The notes under the pieces are model-generated. The model was not told the origin of the DNA. It saw only the letters and a program-made list of their open reading frames with translations, and did no database searches. From Collodictyon triciliatum (taxonomy: Eukaryota), in assembly GCA_043381765.1 (NCBI GenBank), contig JBHJMP010000873.1, positions 1 to 37,155 on the forward strand: DNA of 37,155 nucleotides, given 5' to 3'. Below are positions 12,155-22,400 of this stretch, piece by piece. Numbering within the stretch: position 1 is the first letter of the stretch; each line of letters starts with the position of its first letter. The translations under genes and the position numbers were made by a program.

Positions 12155-12783
12155 TTATTTCTTCTGTCCGTTGTTTCCCCCGAGATTCACCTGCTCTAAG
12201 GAAGGATGTTCTTTGAAAACCATATTAAGGTAATCAGCTCCATCCTCAGATATCTCATTTTGTCGTAGGTTAAGAGACAGAATGGTCTTATTTGACTTCG
12301 ACATTTCACCGAACGCCTAGTTCAAGAAATAAGAGGGAAATGAATATATATAAACCTTTCCGCCAACGAGAGTGTGTTGATTAAAACACCATAGATGTAA
12401 CTAACATAATCTTTCTTAATAAATCCATAAATTCACTGGACACGGAATTGTTTACATGTCCATTTAATGAATATATAGAAAGAAAGCAAGAGCTTTGAAT
12501 CGAGTAAAGGGGAAAAAAGAAAGAAAACAAGAAAACAAGAAAACAAGAAAACAAGAAAAGAATTATTACTCTGGCTCCGATGTCAGATATCATATTTCCC
12601 TGTAGTATGAGATGCTGCAGAACGGCATTCTGGGCCAACCCGTTTGCTATGTAGCCAGCTCCAACGTCAGTAATTTCATTTCCTTGCAAGTTGATTTCTA
12701 CTAATGACTTGGTCACTCTTAGAAATCTCTCCACTTGCTTACAATCTTCATCCGAACCTTCGTTTCCACCAATGTGGAGGGTT
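12155..12783 (-). CDS. Ribonuclease-inhibitor-type leucine-rich repeat protein, last two exons (12783-12570, 12316-12155); 5' part unresolved or decayed
   Basis: 28-aa repeats: SLVEINLQGNEITDVGAGYIANGL, LQHLILQGNMISDIGAR|AFGEM, TILSLNLRQNEISEDGADYL, SLEQVNLGGN. Phase-0 GT..AG intron at 12569-12317. Confidence 0.8.
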
Positions 12784-13767
12784 CTGAGAGGAAATAATGT
12801 GTATTTTTTGTATGAGTTCGTCATATGGGTTTTTGTTTCTTATCCAAAAAAAATAATTAGTCGAACAAAGGATGTAAACCATGATAAATGATTCAACACA
12901 GTGCCCTAAAACCATGTTTGCAAAAAGGGATATTAAAAAAAGTAATGATATATTAATGTGAGGAGGAAATACGTATCCCAGCCAAAGAAGTATAAGGAGA
13001 AAGAACATGGATAGAAAAAAACCTTCAAAAAAATAATAATCATTAGTCTGCTTTCATAATGAAGGAAATCAGCCACCTCAGCAATGTCCCGAGCGAACTT
13101 GTACGGGTAATGCTTCTATTGAGAGGAAAGCAATGATCTGTACGTCCCAGTAATCTTAATCGCTTTTGCCCGTAGGTGTGCCGTGGTCGGAACAGTTGTA
13201 AATATCACCCTGCGGGCGAGGCAGGTATCTTGGGTGCCCGATTCAGATGGCCTCGCCTTGTCCCTTCACCTGATTGGTGCGAGTCCTGGAGTCTCTGGTG
13301 CAGCAGATCAGAGTGGCGCTGAGGCCCTTGGAAAGGGTTAGGGCACAGGGGGTGAGCTGCCATGAGACTGGCAAGGTCTTGAATGCCCGGGAGGCCATCC
13401 GTTGGAGAAGGGGAGCAGGGGCCCAGTACAGGGACTGTGAGCGTGGCGGCCTTATAAATCACTCGCGTTTTTAAGAGTTCTTTTTTTATTCTTTTGCGAA
13501 AGAGAGGGGGTTGCGATGAAAGAGAATAAAATAATGATGTCGGGGGAGTGTTTCGGAAGGGAGTTGCAGCTGGAGGGACAGGAGGGAGGTACGGGAGTCT
13601 TCAGGTTCGAGCAGTGGCATTGCGGCAGATCAGTCTCAGTGGGCGGGACGCAGCCAGGATGGTGTTCCGTGAGTCCCGGGGTTGGCCTCCACATGAGCGC
13701 ATTGGCTTCGTCAGTTGGAGGAAGGACAAGGGCTCACCGCGTGGCTGGCAGCAGAGATGCAGGCTGC

Positions 13768-15210
13768 TTAGAAGTCAAACTTGCTCTGGGCTGGCTGGGT
13801 GGCGGCAAGCAGGGGGTTGACACGGGCAGCTGGGGCCGGGGCCGGAGCGGGAGCAGGGGCCGAGCCGAAGGTGGGGTTGACTGGGGCGAGGGGCTCCGGG
13901 GTGGAGTCACGGGCCTTTCCGGTCAAGGGGTTGAAGCTGCGGGCGGTGGCCTGGGGAGCGGCCGAGCCGAAGGTGGGGTTGGCGACCACCGGGGCGACTA
14001 CTGGGGCGGGGGCGGCAGCGGGAGCTGGGGCAGGGGTGGAGAAGGAGGTGGTGCCCGAGAAGGAGACGGTGGCAGGGCTGTACGAGCCGGAGGGCTTTCC
14101 GGTCAGGGGGTTGACACGGGGAGAGGGCTGCGTCTGCGAGAAGCTGGCGGCAGGGGTGGCGACAACAGGGGCGACAACAGGGGCGGGGGCGGGGACGGCG
14201 AAGGAGCGGTTAGAAGCCTGGGAGTTCTCCAGCTCGTGGACGCGGCGCTCAGCAAACTCAGCACGTTGGCGGGCCTCCTCAGCCTCAGCACGCAGGCGGG
14301 CGGCCTCCTCTTCGGCGCGGATGCGGGCGGCCTCAGAGGCGTGGAACTGGGCGTTGGCCTCCTGCTCCTTGTGCAGGCGGGCAGCCTCGGCCTCCTCCTC
14401 AGCACGCTTGCGGGAGGCAGCCTGGCGACGGGCAGCCTCGGCCTCTTCCTCGGCACGCTTGCGGGCAGCATCCTGCTCGGCCTTGATGCGGGCACCCTCC
14501 GACAGATTGAAGCTGCGGGTCTTGGTCTCCTCATCCTTCTGCGAGCGGATGGCCTCCACGTAGGAGCTGAGGGAAGCGCGCGGGGCGGGGCCGGCAGCCT
14601 GGTTGAGGGAGCGGGTGGAGGCGCGGGGGAAGAACTGGTAGCCCTCCTCCTGCACAGGCACGGGTACGGGGGCGGCAGCGACGGAGTACGAGCGGGTGGA
14701 GCCGGCGTAGGGCAGAGGCACGGCGGCGGGGGCGGCCACTGTGGTGGGGGCGGCGGTGGTGGAGGTGGTCTGCACAGTGGTGGAGGCGGCGGGCAGCACG
14801 TACGAGCGGGTGGCGCCGGAGGGGGGGAGGACGAAGGAGCGGGTGGCGCCGGCAGGGAAGTAGGAGCCGCTGTAGGCGGTGATCGGGGCGGGGACGACAG
14901 TGGCGGCGGCAGAGGCGGCAGGGGCGGCGGTGGTGGAGGTGGTCAGGGTGGCGGCGGGGGCCGGGGCGACAACAGGGGCCGGGGCGGCGACAACGGGCAG
15001 GGTGTAGCTGCGGGTGGAGGCGCCGTAGAAGCTACAGGGGTGGGCGGATGAGCTGCGGAGTCAGAGGGTCGCAGGGCGCGAGGGGGTCAGGGCGTACCCG
15101 GCAGGATAGGCGGCGGGGTAGGAGGCGCCGAGGGAGCTGTAGCCGTAGGGGACGGGGGCGCCGATGACGACGGGGGCGGTGGCGGTGGTGGCGGGGGCTT
15201 CGGAAGACAT
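13768..15210 (-). CDS. 458-aa Ala/Pro/Thr/Val-rich repeat protein with a central charged coiled coil; exons 15210-15098 and 15031-13768
   Basis: ATG at 15210. A 66-nt intron 15097-15032 (GTACGC..CTGAC..TAG) removes an in-frame TGA. Strong C-ending codon bias; AEEEAEAARR coiled-coil repeats; ends SKFDF-TAA. Confidence 0.85.
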
Positions 15211-16257
15211 CGGGGCGGTGGTGTGGGTGGCGGGGATGCTGTGGGGCGGAGGATGGGTTGAGTGGGGTGAGCAGTCATTCCTTGGGCGCAGGTGGATCGG
15301 CGAGTCGCCTCCGTGCGGGGTTTCGAGTGATCGGTTTTGTTCGCGGTCTCGTCTCCCTGCTGCGCTTTTGGGCCGCTTGGGTGTGTGTGGGTGTATGTGT
15401 GCGCTTGCGAGGAATCGTGGGCGCGGATCATTAAAGCGCGCGTTGTGTTTAAATATCTGTTCAGCTGAGAGAAGTCGCTGCGCTTCGAGTGTGCAACGCA
15501 TATATAGACCTTCTTCGAATGTTCTACACGCTATCATTACGTAATCTGTCGCTTTTCTGCGAAACATGGAGATGGAAATGGAAGGTATCCGGTTTATTTT
15601 TTTGAATGTTTGAAATTTGTTTTGGAAAAAGGCCTGCACCACTGTGGTCTAGGCTTGTGGCCATGGCTTTGTTGCGCCCGCCACTAATGCTGTGTGTCCC
15701 ACGCGGCAGATGCTGGAAACCATGCCCAAAAATAGGCAGCGCTCGGTGCGTTTGTTGCAGACTATTGCAATCCTGGATTCCAGAAATCCTGGTTTCGCTT
15801 GTAGGTAAATCAGTTGGTCATTTTATTTCTGGAAAATAATGAATTAAAAGTATTTACTCTCCTCAGGCCTCGATAGGACTTAATAATTGTTTGAATATTG
15901 TAATGTGCTGTCCATTTTATGGAATCATCGACCCCTGCAGGCGCCAAATACACAGCGTGCACCCGCATTGAATGAATTGTCGCTCAGTCCAGCGGTGGCC
16001 CAGTGTAAGAGGGATGTCTTTATTGATAGCGCAAGTCAAAGCAATCTTCGAGTGCCATAAGCAACATCCGTAAAGGGGACACAACCAGAAAATCGACACA
16101 CCAAACAGGAGAAACCAAGATTCAAGAGCAATATGAGGGGAGGGAAACAGAGAGACACAGACAAAGACACAAGCACGAGCACAAGCACAAGCACAGACAC
16201 AGGCACAAGCAACGCCAGGGTCTCGAGGCAGGGTGTGGAGGAACAAAAGGTGCTGTG

Positions 16258-17429
16258 TTAAATGCCAATCATAAACTTTTTGCGTGGCACGTACCCGGCG
16301 AAGGATGTGGCTCGAGTCTCTCCAAGGTAATCCTCCACCTGGTAGCCAGGTGTCCCAGGAGCACCACGGGAAGGAGGCGTACGAAGCTGCTCGCGATTTC
16401 CGGTGGCCGGTCTCGAGTTCGGAGCTGACTGGTGTCGTGACTGTGGGCGGGAGGTTCTCTCGATTTGATGGACCTGCTCAGCCCTCTCTCGATACTGTTC
16501 TGCGATGCGCTCCCCAGGTGTCATAGGGCGACTTCCACCTCGGCTACTCGGCTTATTTGGAGTCCTTGGAGCTGGGGTTCCACGCTGGGATTGGCGACTG
16601 GCTGGAATCACTTGCTGTTCGTCCACAATACGCTGCACGTATTCTCCATTCTGGTAGTCGCTATTGATGACACCATATGCATTTATCATCCCGGGAACGT
16701 GGCCCTATTTTGTTTAACGAATTCTAAATATTAATATTTTATCTATAACGATTAAATTCATTTGACAGTTGTTTTCAGAAGAGTAGAGTTTTGTCTTTTT
16801 CTTCTGTTTGTTTGTGATTCCAAAATGCCGAGATTGGAGCGTTCTTTAGAGTATTTTTTTTTAAAAAAAAATTAAGTAAAAATAACTTGGTATCCCATTA
16901 TTCGAGGACGCGAGGAATTATAGTCAACAAATGCACCATCTCCTTGATAGCTGCCAACCGGCGGATGATGAAAATCAAACTGCTCGGCTTCATAATGGTT
17001 GACTCCGTATGATTGACGGGGTGCTATTTTTGAGACAAGATGTCATTTTCTTTTTTTTCTAGTATTGCTAGAATATGTAAATCCGAAACGTGGATGTGAG
17101 TGTGAGTCCAGGTACGAGGATGAAGAAGTTAACTTACCTTTAGTCGGCGAAAAACGGTTCTCAAACTCAAACTGGGAATACTCACTGTTGTTTACTAAAC
17201 CATGTCGTTTATACATCAATTTTCTGATAAGTTGCCAGACCAACCATATTTTGACTAGAAGGCCGGAAATATTCTTTCAGGATCCCCTGAACATTTAAGG
17301 AGGAGGCCGAAACCCTTTGAATCGAATAAAGAAAATAAAAAAGGGGGCCAACTTACCTTCTAGAGTATGTTGCAGACCAGGGATATGGCCGGCATACCCA
17401 GAGATTCGTCCACGCGCAGTTGAGTACAT
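16258..17429 (-). CDS. FAM166/CIMIP2-like PYG-repeat ciliary microtubule inner protein; exons 17429-17357, 17194-17138, 17023-16887, 16704-16258
   Basis: Four exons join in frame. Three repeats (ISGYAGHIPG, IMGYQ|GHVPG, ATSFAGYVPR) match the GY.G[HY].P motif of FAM166/RIB21/RIB30-type proteins. Confidence 0.72.
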
Positions 17430-19456
17430 CTCTAGTTTCCTACACTCGAGCTGGTGTCTAGGTATGGTCAAACTCTCATGTGCACTCAAAAAAAAAAAAG
17501 CAGACACCACTAACATGCTGCAGAAGAGACGGGCGAGTCTTACGAAGCAAGACTTGAAAGGAGAAAAAAAAAAGGCGTCCGGCAAAGCGAGCTAATGACC
17601 CTCGCAGCCCATTTTTGCGTAGGACTGAAAAAAAATAGCAGTGTGATCCTTTTATCTCTCCAAATCGCTTCCCTACTTTACATGCATAGAACTTGTGCAT
17701 TATGTATGGACATAGCCATCCTCAGCGACATGTAGTTTTGGCCAGAGAGCAGGCGAGGCCGACGGAAAAGACAAACTCAAGTTTCCTGCGAGGCTCAAGA
17801 CCAGTGAAGCTCGAGAGACTGATCCTCTGATCCCTTCTGCCTTGGCCTTTGTCTGGCGGAATTTGCAGTGATTTTGTCCAATAACGGAAGTCTTTTTCCT
17901 TATTAATTCAGAAAAGTAACGATAGCACAGCAATTCCATTGAAAAATTATCGTATTATTTCCATCGTATAAACTTGTAACGAAAGCCCGTTCTGTGGAGC
18001 AGAGGATGAGAGCGCCGCAAAGGTCTTGCCAAGCGATGCAGCTCCTATGGTATGCATCTCAAAGTCTCGTCTCTCACCCTAGATAAATGTAAAATGATAC
18101 GCGAGGATTTGAGCTTGGGAAAGCCAGGCTCAAGTGATTGGATTCAGTTTAAAAAAAAGAGAAATATTAATACAGCTCGGTTAAGAAATTTTCCAAGGCT
18201 CCAGCTCACAATCGCAGTGGGTAATGAGTTTAGTGGCGAGCTAAGAAAAAAAGAAACAAGAAATGCATGCTGGTGTGTTTCCAAGAGTTTTGCGTCTGAA
18301 GTGCTCAGAGACCAAATTAATCATTCAACTGCATCGCATACCTTATGCAACTCATAATTGCCAGATGCATAATCTCATCTTGTTTTGCGCGAACTACTCG
18401 CGTTAGCTATCTACCATGGGTACGTATTTCACCCCTTGTACGGCATAATCCTGTTTCATTTTGAATGGAATAAAGAGTTGGGGAGAGAACCAGGGATGGC
18501 GATTAAATTAAAAAAAAAAAAAGCCTTGAAACAGAATTCTCACCGCGCAGCCACCACAGAGGAATATGCCGCTCGCCCAACAGCAAACGGGTATGAAGAA
18601 ATAATGCCCGCCGTAGATGTGAATATATATTTTCTTATCAAATACTATTTTATTTTGAGATTGATGTCCTATATTGCTAGTAAAATAAAGTTGGCAACAT
18701 ATTTTCCACAATTAAGTATTCCGTTATCCATAGTTCCTTTTAGTGGAAATCGGTGCGAATGAGCAAATGGGCGGTTGGATAAGCCAGCGCCACAAAGCAC
18801 CGATCGCAGAACCATCGGAGGATTCTGCATTTTTACTTCAACAGAAAACAAGCCACCGCAGTGCCAGGAGCAGCGGTGAGACTCGGCTTCTGCTCGAAGA
18901 CAAATAAGGTCCCAAATAAACAGAAAGAAAAGCTGCAAGCACCAGTCTGTCCTGGCAGAAGGGAATGCGCCATACAGCTTTGGGAGACAATTTAACCTCA
19001 ACCTCAACCTCAAACCAAACAAAATGTAAAAACAAAAAAAACAAAAAAAAACAAAAAAGAAAAGAAAAAGAAAAGAAAAAGAAAAATAAACGAAAAAAAA
19101 GGAGACATCAAACTGCAAACAATCGAAGCAGCCGAATTGAAAGGCTTTGTAATCCATATACAAGAAACATATACGACTCATCTGAAAGTAAAGAGAGGCG
19201 GTTGTAGCTAGACTGATGAGCCTGGCTTACTTCAGCTATTCGCATTTACCTATTTTTCTTCTCTCGATTACTCTGCATATTAAGGAAAAACGGTCTGACC
19301 AACTAGACCCTCACGATCCCCTGACAAAAACAGCCAGACCAAACAACCCGCCAGCAAGGCGATCCAAAAAAAAAAAAAAACACAGAAAAAGGTGAGGAAC
19401 CCAATCTCATATAAAGCGGAACTAGTGCGCAGCGACCCAAGCCTGATCACTCTACC

Positions 19457-22400
19457 ATGAGCAATCACTACCCACGATCCATGCCGAGCGTCCCCGTGAT
19501 CTCTGTGGAAGAAACAAAGGAATCCGAGCCAGCAACTGCCGCAAAGAGAGGCGAAGACGAAAACGAAAACGAAAACGAAGGAATCAGCTTCAATGTGGAG
19601 AATGCGATGGAGCCTGTAAACTCGTCAGCCACACGGGCCCCGACAACGACAACGACAACGTCTCCAGGAAACCCCGCACAAAGCCAGAAAGACGCATCCC
19701 AGGAAATATACACTATGAAACGCTCGTCCGGTCTCGAAGCAGGCAGCAACGCAAGGCTGGCAAAGTCTTTCTCGGATGCGATGTTTTCTAAGGAGCTGGA
19801 CACCACAAACAGCACAAGAGGAAACACTGTGGAGCAAGGACAGGCAACCATGAGCATTACTCGGACCAATTCAAAGAGTAACATCGCAACTACAGTCGAG
19901 TTCCCAACCACCGGGGAGAAACGAATGAGTCGCAAGGAGGAATTTGAACAGAAATCAGTGCAACTCTCACAAATGATGCAGCAGCCGAGCGCTTCCTTAA
20001 ATGCTGCACGCCAAGTGAGACGAACATCATCCGTCCCGTCCATTGTGGAAAGTCTTGCGGCAAAATCAAGTGAGGAAAAAGCAAACATCATCACATCTTG
20101 GATGATGACTTCCAATGGAAAACCAGTATCAAACATTGCTCAACCAGCACAGCCCATTAGTGAAGTGGGAAGGCAAAATCCACTTCCAAGAAATCCTAGC
20201 CCAACTCCGGACCAGACGGGAGGGAAAAGTGACCAGCAAATGAAGGTTTATTCATCAAACACTGGACAGCCGGGACAGCATGCTGGAAAACAACCGGGAG
20301 TCGTGACTCACGAACGCGGGGATGTTATGATGCCAGGTGTTGAAAAGGACATCTTCCATTTTGGCATCACAGACATTTCAAATATGAGCCATTACATGCC
20401 GAAAATTCTGGTTCGGAGCTTGATAAAAAATCCATCTTCAAAACATTTTGCACAACAGTAAGCCATAATTCCATAACACCCTCATGATTGACACTTTTAT
20501 GCTATACCTGATTTTACAGGAGTACTATTCCCTTTTTTTTCTCTCGAGTTTAAAGTCATATTATTGTTTACCGTTTCTTGTTGTAAATAGGGTTCCAGTA
20601 GCGTGTTTGTATGCGAAAATTGACGGATTCTCCCAAATTACTACACGCCAGTTGTTACGTTCAGGAAGTATTCCTAATTTTGTACCGAAAGAGGTTCCTT
20701 TCATAAATAAATCTCCAAAAAGAAGAATAGGTCCCCAAAGAAAGAAAAATTGCCCTTCCAGGAATGTTTATACGGTACATTACAATTAAACTCTATTCCT
20801 CTATAATAATCATAAATGACAGAACGGTTCGGAACAAGGCGAAGTCATCACCGAGCTTTTAGCAAATTTATTCAATCAGTACTTTAGCTTGATTATCGAC
20901 TCTGTTGCAAAGTTTGACGGAGACGTGATGAAGGTCACTGGAAACTCTCTTTTCGCCATATGGGAGGCTGACGTACGCTTTTTTTATATCACTTTGCATT
21001 AGTCTTATGTAGTAAATTCATTATGTTCGTGCAAAAATCTTATTTATTGTAAAAAAATTATCTTCATTCATTCTCTCTTGTACGATGACTTGATTGTACC
21101 GCACATGTCTTTACTAATAATTAAAACAGCCTTCTTCAGAGGAAGAAACACCAACACCAAAGATAACTCTTTCTGAATCGTGCCGAAAAGCAGCACAATG
21201 CGCTATGTATATGGTAATTGCAGCTTAGGGAAAACAAATTCAATTTTTACAAAACAATGGTGTTTTATACAGATTCACTGAATGTCTTCTATAAATACAT
21301 AGTCAAAGAAGCTGCACAATTACAACCTCGTGGGTGAATTCAAAATGTCCCTCGTCATTGGGCTTGGCGCAGGAGATGTATGGGCACAGCGACTGGGTGG
21401 TGTCGGGGGGATGTGGGAGCTTGTTCTTGCCGGCCATCCTCTTCTGCAAATGAATAACGCGGCTGAGCAAGGCCAAGCTGGCCAGGTTTGTGAACTTTTA
21501 TTGGTGAATAAATGGATAATGTAGAATCAGAAAAGAACCCATTTGGCATAAAAGAGGCTCCCATTTCACCATTATCGGTATTACCTTTGGATTCACATTA
21601 CCTTATTGGCATACATTCATAGATTATATGCTCTTGGGAAACATGGAATGAAATTCAAGTAACAAAACAAATGCTTAATCATTTTCCTCCACTACTTGAT
21701 TTTATGTAATTTCGAAAATAACTCGACTTTTTTTATTTACTCACTTAATGATTTATCCTTTTCCTTTATTCTATTCAAGGGAAGGATGGGGGTTTAGATT
21801 ACTTAATGATTAAATTTAAAAATTTAAAAGGACTACTGTGTTGGTGTAGAATTGAAATCCGCTGATACAAAGTTAGAAAGCATTAAAGAAAATTTGGAAA
21901 TTAACCCAGTTGAACAGAAACTAGACATTTTCGATAAAGCCAGGTTCTCATTAAACACATATAGTATATTTTGTGTCAGATTCGCCTCTATTTATACTTT
22001 TGTAATACTAAGATTCCGTATAAACATTAAATAAATTAAAAAAAAAGAAAATCCGAAAAGATAAAAAATTGGGAAATGACTGTAGTAATTAATTATCATG
22101 TGGTCTATAATTTTCGATATTAGCAACAGCTTTTAAGTAAAGAGACAACTTTTAATTAATTCATTGTTTATGATAAATAGTGATGGGGATAGACTCCAAA
22201 TCGTCGGGCTTTTTGCTGGATTCATTTCCAGACCGATTCGGCACATTTTAGGACAGTAAGTTTTCAGCCTTTCACTTTCGTTTTTTTTTTCTTTAATAGA
22301 TTTATAGTTCAAGAAATCTAGGTCGTATAAGGGATTGGTAAAGTGCTAATATTAGAGAGCGTTTATGTCCGTTTTCACTCAGTTCCCACCAGAACTATAA

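Noticed and set aside
12200-12235. Suspected frameshift in the last LRR exon
   Set aside because: On recounting, the frame is continuous (DYLNMVFKEHPSLEQVNLGGN).
13214-13258. GGCGAGGC..GCCTCGCC hairpin as a structured RNA
   Set aside because: An 8-bp stem is expected by chance in GC-rich DNA, and it matches no RNA family I recognise.
13516-15051. 511-aa Gly-rich plus-strand ORF and the overlapping 260-aa ORF
   Set aside because: Antisense shadows of the C-ending codon bias in the minus-strand gene, which has the supporting intron and motifs.
17600-19400. Short ORFs between the FAM166-like and cyclase-like genes
   Set aside because: No recognisable motif or consistent exon chain; treated as divergent promoter and UTR sequence.
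19468-20136. 222-aa minus-strand ORF
   Set aside because: Antisense shadow of exon 1 of the cyclase-like gene.
20660-20822. Possible U12-type intron in cyclase C1 (GTATTCCT-like sequence)
   Set aside because: An ordinary phase-0 GT donor at about 20694 joins the next exon in frame, so no minor intron is needed.
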